DNA of 64,000 nt from the NCBI RefSeq assembly GCF_009914755.1, contig NC_060930.1; one strand, given 5' to 3'. The notes under the pieces are model-generated. The model saw only the letters and a list, made by a program, of their open reading frames with translations, did not search any database and had not been told where the DNA came from. Below, one piece after another: positions 44,500 through 62,999 of this stretch. Every line of letters starts with the position of its first letter. Position 1 is the first letter of the stretch. Source of the DNA: the human T2T-CHM13v2.0 reference genome, Homo sapiens. The position numbers were made by a program, and so were the translations under genes.

Positions 44500-45690
44500 A
44501 GCACCACTTAATGATATTTTCCTTGAATCATTCCAGAAGAAAATACAATTTGAAGTAGAAGATAAACAGCAAGGCAGAAAGAAATGCTTGAAGAACACTT
44601 TCACATTTTGAAACTTCTGCATTTCCTTTCTTTCAGTTTACATTTTGGCTCCTACTAGGATTCTTACTTTCAGTCACATTTGAATTGTAGTAAAATGTAG
44701 AATTTTTGAATAAAACTCAAAATTTATCTGACATTAAGGCATAAGAAAGAGCAATTCAAATGCATTTTAAAATTACTGCTATGTTATACTTAGTTGTATA
44801 ATTGCATAATAAAATTACTATTATATCATACATTTGACTTATTGATGAATATGTATAGGAGTTTGTCACTGGAACATTTGTTTTTTCAGCCTGTTTCACT
44901 GCATCAGTAGGAAGTTTCATAATATTTCACCTGGAACTACCAGACTTTATTTGGATTCGGTGCATCAAGCTGCTAAGATGTGATACGTTGGGATGCATAT
45001 GCAAGCTCACATGCTAATGTAATTGCTTGTGTGCTTAAATGCAAGATTTTTCATAATTTTATTTTATGTTATTCCCATAAAACAGTCACATAATGTGTTT
45101 AAAACTATATATGCCGTATTATTCAGTAGAGTTCTTTCATTTTGACTTGGTATTGACAAGAACTGAATCCTTAGTTTGCAAGCTTACACAGACTAGCTTC
45201 AAGCTCTCTACATTTTATACCTTGTTTCTTCTATATACATCCAGTGCTGGGCACCATAGGTCACATTCACCTGTACCATAGTAGATCTTTGGCCCTACAC
45301 GTTTGTAAATAAGAGATGGCAGTATTCCTGGAAGTCATCCTTAGGGTGAGGTAGCTAGCAGTAACCTCACTATACACCACAGAGGTGATGAACCACATAA
45401 GTATATTCAACTAAATATAAAGTGAATCTATCCCCAGTATATCCTTCCCTTATCTGGATCCCCAAAATGCCTGTGTATAGTCTAATGCCATCTAATACAA
45501 AGAGAAGTAGGCTGGGGGAAAACTGATAATTTAACTGATTATGGTGAAACTGTTTTCCTTTTGCAGAATTAAAAAATAGCTATGACCATGTCAAAACAAT
45601 GCCAGGGCTCCTTCAGAGCTTTAGAAGGGCACAGTGCAAGTGAGTGGCCCTGGAGCATGAGCTTGTTAGTGTCATGGCTCATCTTCCTGA
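44500..45690 (-). mobile_element. Zaphod/MER115-like hAT-Tip100 DNA transposon fragment
   Basis: 'gtgcaagtgagtggccctggagcatgagctt', 'ggatccccaaaatgcc', 'gaaccacataa', 'agtattcctggaag' match the recalled Zaphod terminus in antisense; left boundary uncertain. Confidence 0.65.
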
Positions 45691-46569
45691 GCAACAGCTG
45701 AAGTGGGGTCTCTGTTACTGCACACATCTTTGGAGCCTTGGAGTGCGTTTGACCCTTGTCTTATACGTCTTGGGCCCTGTGATTTTGTGATACCCTGAAA
45801 CTCAGACCTTAAACAGTTTTCATTCTCAGTAAGTCCGTAGATTTTGGGAGAAATGCAAAGAAATAGTAAAAACTAAAAAGGTATGCTTTTAGTTTGGTGT
45901 AAAGGAGCATTTAAGCAGTCTTTCCAACATGGATTATGAATCTCTCCAATAAGTGAAAATGAAATTAAATTCAACTTACATTTACTTGAGAACTTACTAC
46001 AAGTAAAGCATTATATAGATGATATGGAAAAACATAGAAGTTAGACAAATCATATGGATTAGCTAATCTTATCTAAATGGCCTTATAAAATGGTTCATTA
46101 AACCTGGCTTAGGTGATTAAATAAGAAAAATAATTTATTTTTCAAATCAGGAAGTATAACTTTGAATTTGTAACCCTTGGTATCTAATGGCAGTCTATCT
46201 TCTTGAGATGAATATTAACCAAAGAGCAGATAATAAATTGGCATTTTAAGACTAGAGTGATTCTGTGTTTCAACAACCAACATGCAGCGGAATAGTCAGT
46301 GTGGGTTTATAAAGTAAACTGCTTACACCATCAAAAGATCATGAATCATCAAAAAGCAGAGTTTTGTTATTCAACTTTATATAGCTTTTTACTCACCTTT
46401 TCTGTGTCTTTCCTTTCCCTCTAAATATAGGAAATACATGTGAAAGTGATAGAATTAAAGCGAAATTATCATAAAAGTCAATGAAAATAGGTCTTGATAA
46501 AAATGACTGCATGTTGAGGGAGACAGAGAGAGAGAGGGAGAGGCTATTGTCTTTAAGGTCTCTTTGAAA

Positions 46570-47805
46570 ATTTTTTATTTTTAATTTTTGTGGGTACATA
46601 GTAGGTGTATATATTTGCGGGTTACATGAGATATTTGATACAGGCATGCAAATCATAATAATCTTATTGGGATAAATAGAGTATCCATCACCTCAAGCAT
46701 TTATTCTTTGTGTTTCAAACAATCCAACTATATTCTTTTAGCTATTTTAAAATGCACAATTAAATTCTGTTTTACTATAGTTGCCCTATTATGCTATCAA
46801 ACTAGGTCTTATTCATTCTTTCTATTTTTTTTTTGTACTCATTAGCCATCCTTTCTCCTGCCCCTTCTCCCTGACTACCCTTCCCAACCTCTGGTAACCA
46901 TCCTTCTATTCTCTATCTCCATCAGTTCTAATGGTTTTAACTTTTAGCACCCACAGATAAGTAAGAACATGTGATGTTTGTCTTTCTGTGCCTGGTTTAT
47001 TTCACTTAACATAATGACCTCCAGTTCCGTATATGTTGTTACAAGTGACTGAATCTCATTCCTTTTTACTCCATTGTGTATATGTTCTATATTTTCTTTA
47101 TCTGTCAGTTGATGGACACTTAGGTAGCTTCTGAATCTTGGTGATTGTAAGCAGTGCTGCAATGAACATGAGAGTGCAGATATCTCTTTGATATACTGAT
47201 TTCCTTTCTTTGGGGTATATACCTAGGAGTGGAATTGCTGGATCATATGGTAGCTCTATTTTTAGTTTTTCTGAGGAACCTCTAAACTGTACTCCACAGT
47301 GGTTGTACTAATTTACATTCCCGCCTGTGGTACAAGGGTTCCCTTTCCTCCACATCCTTGTTAGCTTTTGTTATTGCCTGTTTTGTGGAAATAAGCTATT
47401 TTAACTGGGGTGAGATGATACCTCATTGTAGCTTTGGTTTGCATTTCTTTGATGATCACTGATGTTGAGCATCTTTTCATGTATCTGCCATTTGTATATC
47501 ATCTTTTGAGAAATGCCTATTCAGATCTTTTTGCCCATTTTTAAATCAGATTATTATATTTTTTTCTTACAGAGTCAATTGAGCTCCTTATATATTCTGG
47601 TTATTAGTCCCTTGTTAGATGGGTAGTTTGCAAATATTTTCTCCCATTCTGTGTGTTGTCTCTTCACTTTGTTGATTGTTTCTTTTGCTGTGCAGAAGCT
47701 TTTTAACTCAATGTGATCCCATTTGTCCATTTTTGCTTTGGTTGCCTGTGCCTGTGGAACTATTGCTTAAGAAGTCTTTGCCCATTCCAATGTCCTGGAG
47801 AGTAT
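46570..47805 (-). mobile_element. 5'-truncated L1MA2-4-like
   Basis: 3' end 'aatttttgtgggtacatagtaggtgta'; ORF2 C-terminal remnant 46944-47162. Confidence 0.85.
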
Positions 47806-47889
47806 CTTAAGCCTCTTAAAATCCAAATCTAGAACGCTTTTGGTGAGCTCTATATTTGATATTGCTTTTGTTCTCAGCACTGCCCAGAA

Positions 47890-48020
47890 TTTTTTTTTTT
47901 TTTTGAGGTGGAATCTCTTTATGTTGCCTAGGCTGGTCTTGAACTCCTGGCTCAAGTGATCTTCCTGCCTCAGCCTCCCAAGTATCTGGGATGACATGTG
48001 CATGCCACCACATTTGGCTA
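47890..48020 (-). mobile_element. FLAM/Alu left monomer
   Basis: Poly-T then 'ctctttatgttgcctaggctggtcttgaactcctggctcaagtgatc'. Confidence 0.85.
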
Positions 48021-51000
48021 CCCAGATTTAATTTGGGTCCATTTATAGATCAGCCAGAGCCAGACTGCATCTGCTTTTATTGTCCTTTCCTGGAATTATA
48101 AAATCTAACATTCTTCACATGCACATGCAAATGAGCCAAAGTAAAGAGGAGATGTGCAGGGGAGGCAAAGATGCTGAGAACCCTCTCTGAGGTACAGTAG
48201 AAGGTGGGGAGGGAGCTACTGCAAATCTGAGAAGTCTGTGAAAAGAGATAGCATTGAGTGTGCCAGGCCAGCTAGTCTGCAGAGAGCCACCTTACCAGTT
48301 CCCAGTCCCTTCAGCCCCTCACACTCTTTCTTAGGACTTAGTGCCAATGCATTTAATATAAGGAGATATGGGTGTTGGTACTAGTCTTCTGAAACATAAG
48401 AAATTAATTTTTTTAGTTGCATCATTTCTTTTAATTCAGATTTTGCAGAGACCGGAGTTCTTATGCATGTAAAGTACTAAGTATTTGGAAATAATAAACA
48501 TCCATCTTTCATTCTAATTAAGACATGTGTATATCTGGTTTTATTACAGTCTTTCTCTTTCCCAGAAAACTACTTCAGGGGAGGCAGAGACAGATACAAG
48601 AAGAAATCTGAACATGTACTCTTTCTGAGCAGTGCTGATATTTCCTGGGCTCTGCGAAGATGGAGGGCACAGAAAGTGGTAATTAGATCAGCAGCCTTTA
48701 ATGCCTTATTCTTTATGCCTAATGCATAATGTCAGAACAGACAATCCTAATTTTCTACGACCTTAAGTAGGATTATAGACTATGTGGGCTGAACCTTCCG
48801 CCCAAGAACCCAACTCAGCTCTGCACTAGAGAAGACTCTTTACCGCCTCCTGGTGGATAAAGTAAGAGAAACATGTTTCCCTAGGGCCAAGGCCAGAGAA
48901 TCAGTTCATTGGTTAAGTGCTTTTTTTTTTTTTTTTTTTCCAGAGGGGAGAAAAAAGGTGTAGCAATATTAATTGGATGTGGAGCTGTAAAGTAGGCAAC
49001 ATTTTGATACCTCCTTTAATCAAAGGCACTGTCTCTCTACTACATATTGTCATCCCCTGTTGGGCCTAGATACTTCATTGTGGTATTCATTCTGGCCCAC
49101 TCTTCCTACTTAGGAGGTCTTAACACTTCCCATGATTCAAGAGGAGCTCCTGTCTCAGCTAACTTTGATGGAGGGGGAGCCTCCAACTGGTTGCACATCC
49201 TTTAGCTGTTTTGCTCCTGACAGCATTTCCTCCCAGCCTTGACTTCTCATTTCCAGCTATTTGAAATCTTGTTAAATTCTAGATAGTGGTTAGCTAGGAA
49301 TGGGTCTATGCAACATTGAGTACGCCATGTTTTTCCATACATTTATGCTTCCAATACATACGCAGTGTTTCTTGAAAATTCAACCTCCTCCAACCAACTG
49401 ATACAATTAACAGTCATTTCTGGAGCCTGGATTATTATTAATTGCTCAGTCCTCAACATCACTTTGCTTCTAGGCCTTTATTTTTCCTGCTTTTACTGAC
49501 TTCCCATGGTTGTTAATTGAAAGGCAATTATTATTTAAAATTACGCATCAGGTGTTGTGGGAAAAAGTCTGGGAATCCAGCTAATAAGTTGAGAAGTCTG
49601 TCTTTCTTTTTGTTACATCTGGCGTATTTCATTATTGGTACTCCAAAAGCATATTGTCTTTATCTGATAAAAACAGTTGGCTACAAGGGCATACTGACGA
49701 GCCTCAAGTTGCGGGTTAAATTCTCACCTGGGTAAGGTAACAAAATGCTTGTTTGTGGACACACACTGTGAACAAGACCCGCAATAGCCATCGTGATCAC
49801 AGGAAAGACTGAATGACACAGTGCATGTTTCAGCTCAGATTGTTGATGGGAAAATGTTAGGTGTTATATCAAATAAAGACCCATTTAATAATAGCTTCTT
49901 AGAGTTGGAAGTGACTTTAGTAACTCTCTTTTCCATTCTCTTGTCCAGTTTAGCAACCCTCATGAAACCATTCCCATCAGAGAAGGTGAGTCTTAGCGTC
50001 TGCTTGGGCACTGCCAGAGTTGGGGATTACCTCCTTGAGTGGCTGGAAACTGCATTTGTGGGAAGGTCAGCTCATGGTGCTTGGTTTTGAGATAGAAAAT
50101 GAAAGTTCAACTTCTCTCTTTTTCTGTATATTTATCTCTAAATTTTTAAAACCTGGCCTCATCCCTGAACTCCAATCCCAGTAACAAAAGGAGCTCTGAG
50201 TGACAGAATCTTTCCTGCAGAGTTGTTTAAAGCTACTTTGGTGGTAGTATGGGAAAGAGAAAAGGACTGTTTCTGATTTTCTGATTATTGTCTTCTGCAC
50301 GGGAAAATGGGAGGTAGGCTGCTGGGAAACTTGGTTAGGATAATTCAGGTTAGGATGATTTATTTCCAGAGGGGAGCAGATAGACAATGGGATATGTTCA
50401 AATGAGCTATGCTCAATAGTGAAGTTCTGATTCTCATTTTATCTTGACATCTGTTGTCTTTGATATTATTTGGGCTTGTATGCTGAGGACCCAGTATGGT
50501 GAAAAAGGAAACAAAATGCCTGAAGAAAAAGGGCTTTGGCATTTTGGGAGCATAAAAAAATTATTGAATGGGGGTAACCAATAACAGGAAGAGCCTGAAC
50601 TATGGAGTACCAGGGAGAGTAACAGTTTTTCCCTACTCCATTAGATGACCATTAGGATAATTCATTCATTCAATACATGCTTATTCTGTACCAGGTAGCA
50701 ATGTATACACCAGAACTGCAGAGCTCCTATAAAAAGTGGATGCTTGCCTAGATAGGCTCTGTTTTAGTCATTTGGGACTGTAGTCATTATTGGCAAAGGA
50801 AATCATCATGATGGGTCAGCCAGATACTACAATTCCTTTCAACCTTTGGTAGAAATTGTCAGGGAAGCCATGCCAGGCCACAACAGAGGTAAAAGAGATA
50901 ATCAACTTTAGGCATAGAGGGTATGATTTTCCATGTGTTAACATGTGGTCTGCCATCCAATCTCTGTTTTATTTACTTATTTTTATGCACACTGAAGCAA

Positions 51001-51400
51001 ATTCCAATTGATATGGGCAAATATTACTAATGAAGAGTGTTGGTTTTCCAAGTCCTTTTCCAAACTCTATCTATAATGTGCTACTAAAGTGAGAACAGCA
51101 GTGCCTCCCTCTCTGGCATCCAGACATTGTTTTTTGAGCTAGGGAACTTAAGCCTTTGACTAGGAGGTCAAAGCAGCTCAGTTGAGTCTGGTCAGATGGT
51201 GTCCTGTCAGGAAGTAAATCTGGAAGCTTGATGTTAAAGAGGGAAAAGCCCCAAGAAAATGAAATAGGACTCAATACATATTCATGGACAGCTTCTTCAG
51301 CCAAGGAAGAAGAACAATATGAAACAAATTAAAAAAAATTTGTATAGCCAGACCCTGTGGCTTTATCTTGGCAATTCTAAGAATAATTTTCTTCTGTTAC

Positions 51401-52281
<881 letters not shown>

Positions 52282-52295
52282 TAAATGTCTATTTC

Positions 52296-52790
52296 AATGA
52301 AGTTTTACAACACCCAGATCAAGAAATGGAATACTTCTGGTTTCCCAGAAGCTCTCTTGTGTCCCTTGAGTCCCTCTTCCAAGGGTAACCACCATCCTGA
52401 CTTCTAACCTATAGATGAGTTTTGCCTATTTTTGAATTCTAAATAAATAGAATCATGTTATGACATGTACTATTTAGTGTCTGGTTTCTTTATTTCAACG
52501 TTAGGCTGCAGTTCTTTCATCTTGTAATATTTTATATAGTATTGTATTTTATGGAGCTATTTATCTTATTATATATTTTTAGTATTCTCATTGCTGTGTT
52601 ACAATTAATTGTAAATATGCCACGGTTTATTTGTCCATTCTATTTTAGCATATTTCTATTGGAAATATGCCTGGGAGTAAGATTACTGGGTCATAGCATT
52701 TGTTCAGATTTAGCAGATAATGCTAAATAGATTGCCAAAGGGGTTGCACCAATTTACACTTTACCAGCAGTGTCTGAGACCAACTTTTAT
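52296..52790 (-). mobile_element. L1ME-like 3' fragment
   Basis: 'ggtaaccaccatcctgacttctaac..atagatgagttttgcct', 'accaatttacact..accagcag'. Confidence 0.7.
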
Positions 52791-54884
52791 TTCACTATGT
52801 CAGCAGGCTTCTTTGCTGCCTCTCAGTTTAGCACAAGACAAATTATCCCATGGTATTTTAAAAGCATACTTTATTGGTAATACTACTACTAATAATAAGA
52901 AGAATAACAGTGATCATAATCTTTTGGATATCTAATTGCCTGATATGTTAATTTTCAAAAAGCAAGATACAGTCAGTACTTCATTATATTTTATATTTTA
53001 TCTGTATTTAGAATGCATGGATACCATGGTTATCTTTAAATTAGACTTTTAGGAGATACCCAGGATTAAAGAAAAGAAATGGTAGAAGTAGAATGCTTTT
53101 ATATTTAGATGATTTAAACGAACTTGGGCTTTTCTCTTTTTTTAAGCTTAACTTTCCCAGTTAATAGCCTTCATTTTCTGGTTAGTATTGCTAGTTGAAG
53201 ATATCACTGAAGCCTATTGTTTTTCATCAGAGAGACAGGTTTTATTGTATTATATCTATTTTTCAATTTTGCATCAGTAATAATATTTTGTTGATCTATA
53301 TGAGTTTTTAGCATTGTGTACTCAATAAAGATAATTGGAATATTACTGAAGATACCCAGCATTTCGTTTTAATGATAAGCATAAAAGGCAGATTCCTTTA
53401 TTTGAGCCATAATTTTTGAATTCATGGTTATAGCCAAGACGACAGAATCATATGAGCTTAGCCTGTGTCTATAATAAAAGTAATGTATATAAAAGCAAAT
53501 TTGGAAGTAGCAGGCCAATACATGGGTGCTTCAGCCTCGATAGGCTTGGTTTGGATAGGGAGATGCTTAATGGTTGTGTTTACTTGTCACCTGAAAGTCC
53601 CTGGAAAATAGAGATGTTCAAATTTGAGGTGTGGGTAACATTAGCCATATGGGCCTACCACCTGAAACTGTAAAGAAACAGTGAATAATAAAATGTCATC
53701 AAAAGTAGGAGAATAAGAATGTCATTGTGGCAGGAAAACATTCAAAAACCACATTAAATGCTATGGTTCACAATAGAAGGACATCCTCTATGAAGTTTAG
53801 GAATCTTTCTTCTGAGGAAAAAGAAATGGAATGGCAAATCAGATGCCCTTCCCCTTCCTGAGGGCTGTGTCATACCGATTGATGGGAAAGAACAATGAAG
53901 ATTTACCAGAGAGAAGCACTCCCAGTGTATTCTGTCAGGGACCTCAGGAGACCACCTAGACTTGGGCCTTCCGTGGGTCTTGGGCAGTGCGTGCTCTGAT
54001 GAAAGGGTTTACACAAAAACATGGGGTCTCAGCTGTGGCATAAATTGTCCTTGTAGAAAGAGTCTGGGCAGGAGAATGGCTGGTCATTGTGACCTCCGGT
54101 GAGGGCTGAGGACAAATTGCTAGAAGGCAAGATGGATCTCGGGTCACTTCTGTCAGTCATGCCAAAGTGCAACTGACTTCCTACACCCATGGCTGGTTTC
54201 TGACTCGCCTTTATCAGAAACACTTGGTTCCAGGCCATTATTATGTTTACTAATTCCAGGGGCTGCAGATTTTGGATTTAGGTATAACCAATATAAAAGT
54301 AAATTACTTTATTCTATTTTGTTTCACATAGTTTGAGCTATATCAGTATAAATCTATGTGCACATCAAGACATTTTTAAATATCCAAGAAGAAAAAAATA
54401 GAACGGGAGCTTATGACCAGACTGGCCATTCCTGAGTACTTCAGTTCCCAGGTAGGCTGGGTTCGTGGGGCTGCTAGTGAATCTGGTATCTCTTCAAGAT
54501 TCTCCACAGGAAGGCCTCATTTCCTAGGTTTTTGTGAAAAAGAAATGTCATCTTTCATCACTGTGCTCTCTCTCTCATCTTCAAGTTATTCCTAATGGCA
54601 TCTAACCAAATCTTGGTGGAGATAAGGATGGTGAAAGGCCCATAAAACCACAATTTAGCAGGAAGAGTTAAAGGAAATGGCAATGTTTAAACTATTATGC
54701 TTGGGAGTACACATTAGGTCTCCTGACATATGTGGAGGCTTCTGAGAGGCAGCATGCTGCATATCTGTACATAGTCTTCAGAAAGAACAGATAAAGTTCA
54801 AAAACACTAAGCATTTCCTCGAAGCAAAAAATAGCATTAACCAGTAAATTTCTCTCTCTCTCCTGAGATTGTTAAGCTTAGCGT

Positions 54885-55610
54885 TCTGGTAATGTTTTAC
54901 TGCATTACCAATGACCTCAAACTTAGTGGCTTAAAATAACAGTTAACAACAACGGATTGCACATTTTAAAATAGCTTGAAGTGGGGACTTGAAATATTCC
55001 CATCACATGAAAATGATGAATGCTCATGGTGATGGATACCCTAAACTTCTTGACTTGATCATTATACATTCTATGCATATAACCCCATAAATATATATGT
55101 ATATTATATATCAATCAAAAATTAAAAACCAACTATTTAATCCTATCTCATCATTTGGTGGAACAGGAATTTGGGCAAGGCTGGGCAGGGTGATTCTTAA
55201 GTGACATTGACTGAGGTCACTTGGTGGTGTTCAGGTGGTGGATGGGCTGATCTGGAGCGCCCAGGATGGCCTCATTATCAGGTCTGGTGCCTTGGCGGAG
55301 GTCGCTGGAAGGCTGAGCTCAGAGCAGGGTTGAAGTGTGTATACCCGTGGCTTCTCCAGCATGGGAGTCTCAGAGTAGTTGAGCCTTTAGGCAGAAGCTC
55401 AGGGCTTCTACGAAGAGGATTTCAAGAGAAAATAAGTGGAAACTGCCAGTTTTCCAAGGCTTGGAGCTGAGAACTGGCAGCATTGCTTTTATCACATTCT
55501 TTCAAAGCAGTCACGGCCCACCTAAAATCAAGGGCAGGAGAGGGAATGTGGTCCCCATTTCTCAATGGAAAGAGTGACAATCATTTTATGGTCATTTAAA
55601 ATCTGCCACC
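54885..55610 (-). mobile_element. Old MLT1 (J/K-like) LTR interrupted by a + strand L1MA 3' tip (about 54941-55128)
   Basis: 'aaacttagtggcttaaaataac' ... 'caggaatttgggcaaggctgggc'; insert 'ggtgatggataccctaaa..cttgacttgatcattatacat'. Confidence 0.7.
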
Positions 55611-56789
55611 TTTATAACAAATCCTAAATCTGGTGGTAACATATTTTTCATATTGTACCTTCCCACTGTCTAAACTTGCTCAAATCAGAAAAGAGAGGAA
55701 AGAATCCTCTTCGTTTATAGGTACATGCTGTTTACTAATAGGAAATGCTCATTAGGACCCCTTATGTTAGTTTTGGGACTATTGAAACGTTACTTAGGTA
55801 ATTATGTAAGTCCTAGAACAATGATTAGTGTGAAAATGAATGGGAGTTCATGAGTAGTATCAACAGCTAGTTTACCAAGTATCTTTTAAAAATGTTCATT
55901 GTCTTTAGAGCTAGAAAATGCTGTGTATAATTCCTGGCAATTGAGGTGAACACAGTTTCCCTGTCCCTTTTCCCGATGCAACTGAGGCGCTTTGTTTCTC
56001 ATTTATTTGTTTGTTTCGACAAAGTAATTTCTTACAGACACACTAAAAGGCTTTTTGTTTGTTTCATTCTTATGTAGAAAGGAAGGTGCTTGGGAAGGCA
56101 AACTTGAGTCTGAATGAGTTGGGGTGGTGAGAACAGAAGGACGAACTTGCCTTAAGGTGTGAAGGAATGTCTCTAGAAGCAGTTCATTTCTTTTCGATAC
56201 TGGGTTGGAGAGAATTTTGCCTCAAAGACAGACATAAGCATGACCTGAGGGGCAAGATTCTGGGTCTTCAGCGCTACCTGCTCATGGTGATTTTACTTGG
56301 CTGCCCTAGAAGGAACTTGTCTGTCTACACTTCTATAGTTTCTGACATAGACAGCTCTCTGTCTCTACATGCTATCTCTCCCACTTTATCCACTTGAGCC
56401 TCGTATGTCTCATTTCCCTTCCTTGAATCCAACTGTGGCCACACCCCCATTCTGACACCTTCTTCACTGGCCTGAGTTAGGGCATTCCACCCCCTACTTT
56501 CTTGGCCCTGTCACTCCTTGAGCCACGCATAACTTTTAGTTTTGTATCTAGTTTGTTCCTAGCAGCCTCTCTTAGTTCTACTCTACAATACAGACGAGAA
56601 TAAACAAATTCTCATTTCGGGAAGTGCTCCAACTCTGACCCATTCCTGCGTTTTCGGCCCCACCTCTTCTCACTGGACACTTACCATCTCTCCATCTCAA
56701 GCCAGTTGGGGGCCATGTTCATGGTCTTCTCTCTATGTTGTTACACGAGCTCCTCTTTGTTAAATGGTCTCCAACTTACCTATTATTTT

Positions 56790-57040
56790 TTCAAGATTCA
56801 ATCTGAACCTTTCCTCCTTGATTCCTGGGCACATTGAGGAAGGCTTCTTTAGACATCTTTCTGTCTTCATTCCTATGGCACCCTGGGCATAGCTCTATTA
56901 TTTGGTTGTGGATTATCTGTTTAAATATCTTGCTACTCCTCTGCTTTATGAACTCTTTCTGGGCAGGAACCATGGAATTTTTATCTTTGCATCCCTGTTC
57001 TCTAAAGTGATACCTGATGTGTGCACGGGTGGATTGTTGG
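56790..57040. mobile_element. L2 remnant
   Basis: 'tcaagattcaa', 'ggaaggcttc', 'gggcaggaaccatg...ttatctttgcatccc'. Confidence 0.55.
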
Positions 57041-57454
57041 AAAAAAAGGATGGATAGATGGCTTGGAAGGCTAGATGGTTGTCTGGATGTCAGGGGATGG
57101 CTGGATTGTCGAAAAGGTGAATTAATTGATGGTTGGGTTCGCTGACGATTAACTTTGTAATAACATTGGACGAATGTTCATAGGCAGTGACTTTCCCCCT
57201 GGGATTTTGTGACTTTTGATTGCCAATGAGTCTAGCACAAACTCAATTTCCCATGACATTTCTAATACAAATTTATACATATTTTTATTTGTTGTTCTAC
57301 TGCAGCTCTTCAAAGCATCCTGAAGTTGGTCTTAAGCCAGCATTCTTAAAACTCTAAGGAGGCAACAAAAGATTTAAACAGTGTACAGCAAATGGTGACT
57401 CTGAAACCAGAGTTGTTTCACTGCTCACTGCCACCCCGAGATTGATTTGCCATG

Positions 57455-57548
57455 ATAGATGGCTTCCTAGGCTCAATTAGGTTCTTAATTATGGAGATAG
57501 TTATATTTACTTCTGTCACAGGGCTGATGAGGTGAAATATTTGCAAAA
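57455..57548 (+). mobile_element. MIR fragment
   Basis: 'atggagatagttatatttacttctgtcacagggctgatgagg' resembles the MIR core and 3' part. Confidence 0.55.
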
Positions 57549-57550
57549 CA

Positions 57551-57579
57551 ATCTATCTATATCTATCTATATCTATCTG

Positions 57580-57641
<62 letters not shown>

Positions 57642-57643
57642 AT
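57551..57643. repeat. Compound (TCTATA)n-TCTG-(TCTA)n tetranucleotide STR
   Basis: Hexamer units, one TCTG, then a pure TCTA run of about 15 units. Confidence 0.97.
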
Positions 57644-57972
57644 CTTATATGTGTTGTTGTTGAGGTTGTTTGAGATATCCCCCAGGAGAAACAGAAATAT
57701 TTATGTTTCTTATGTTTCCCCTCTTTTGTCTTTGAAGTCCCAAACACCAATAAGGATTTGTTTAAAAACACTGAGGACTAGCACAGGTAGAGACTCAGGG
57801 AGAGTTAGAACTCACAGTCCTGCTGCTACCTGAGACACATTGCTTGTTATCATTGCTAAATCATAACTCTTAGAGCCATAGCATTAATATGTATGAAATC
57901 CTAGCTATCAAAGGGAATGGGCTGGCTCTAAGGGTAAGCATGACAAACAGGTTCCATCTTGCGTGCCAGTTT

Positions 57973-58106
57973 CTTTTTTTCTTTCTTTTATTTTGCAAAT
58001 TTTTATTTTTTAAAATTTTAGTTCTATAGATTTGCAAGAGCAGTGCAATAAGTACTCACATATCCTTCACTTACATTCACCAGTTGTTAATGTTTTTTTT
58101 TCTCAG
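57973..58106 (-). other. Putative 3'-transduced flank with second poly(A) tail
   Basis: Lies between the L1 tail and the left TSD; minus-strand AATAAA at 58002-58007; T-rich tail at about 57971-57994. Confidence 0.75.
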
Positions 58107-60785
<2,679 letters not shown>

Positions 60786-62539
60786 CTAGTTGCTACCTGG
60801 AAATGAGAAAGATTCTGAGGTCTTATCTGAGCTACAATTGTTCAGTGATGTCTGCCATGAATATAGGATCTCCTATACGTGATTATCATAAGACCATAAC
60901 ATGTGTTCGTTATGCTAGGTCTCCATGCTGGCTATCCACTGATTCACCATAATGGTTCATAAGATTATTTATGAGAAAATATCTACAGAGATTTTATAGT
61001 TTCTGGAAGCTGGTTTTTGAACTAATATGCAACTTGATCCTTCAGTGAATATAGTTAATAAAATGTAGAAAGAGAGAGGTGAAGAAAACTGTGACATTAA
61101 CACCTGTTAGAGTCATTTTCTTTAGAGGATAAATGCTTGTTGTTTTCCTATCCAGGGTGGGTTGTCTACTGCGGAGGAAGGATGGTTTCTCAAGAAGTTG
61201 TGATTAGTAGTGTGTTATATTGAAAATTAAAAGCATTCACTTCTGCACAGATGCAAATATAATCAGTTTAACTTTATTTTAAGCTTCTATTACATTGTAA
61301 TTAATAATAATATACTAAGTTAAGCCAGTTTAACTGTCTAGCAAAATGCATTTCATTTTAAAATTGGATATTGGGAGACTTGGCAAATGCTGTGAGATTA
61401 CTTAGTAAAGTTAAGTATGATGTATATATAGAGGGGACCAGCTCACCCTCATAGGTTAGTGCTGAAGGCTCAGGAACAGTCTCAAAGGCTTAGAAATGTG
61501 GTTATATAGACCAGAGCATTCCATTCTGATTTTGCCCCCAGTATACTTATCACTGTTCATTTTTTGCTAAGAATCACAGTCTACTGACCTAAATCACACC
61601 CTAGACATATCAGAGGGAAATTCTGACCATAAATCAGCCTTGCAAATACATAGCAGGCAGCCTTCTCTGTAGTAGCCTTGGAACATAATACAAATGATGT
61701 CAGCATCCTCTGTGGTTGGGTCAGAACTAGCACTGGCTATTTGCAAGGCTGAGTCCATATTACCCTTCAGCACCTGAGTGCCAAGCTGAGGTCTCAACAT
61801 GGGTGATGTGAAGGACAAGAGAGAATCAGTGGCTGCAGTCCTTCTATATATCTGGTCACTAGATCCGCCAGCTTCTTCAACTTGTTGGGCTTATTATATC
61901 TCTGAAAGGGGACCTGAACCTGCATCATTCTGCAAAGGAGATGATTCCTGAGAGATGGGTGAAATATAATCACTAACTAAAGAGATAAATTCTTCACTTT
62001 ACTTCCTAGTATTGCATCCCAGAAAGGGTTAAAGTAAGGGATATTGGCTCCTGCTGATCAGGCCACAGTGTGACACATTCTATAAAATGCATCACAAAAC
62101 TACATTATTCAATAGACTTGAGTGTTGCACCTGCTTTCTTATCTCCTTGTAGGTGGTTAAGTTTCCCACAAATGCAATTTGTTAATATGGGGCCACCTCT
62201 TCTAACAAGGTAAATCTAAAATTTGGCAGGCATTTGCTTGGCTGCAGGTGCAAAATGAAAGATCTTTTTCTGGCTTTGCCAAAAATAAAAATTATGTTGT
62301 GCTCTAGTCCTGGGAAAAATATTCTCACATGGAGGGTAGAACCTGACCCCGAGAAAGGGGACTGGAATTCTAGAGCCCAAATCATGTGCTATTATTCCCA
62401 AAAGGCTGAGTGGGGAATCTGAAGTCTTGTTTTAAATGAGGCCAGGTATTGAGCAAATCTCCCTGGTAAGAGAGCCCACTGATATTTGGAGATGTAGCCA
62501 TTTGTGATGATAAATGATGACTGTTACTCTTATGAGCTA

Positions 62540-62999
<460 letters not shown>

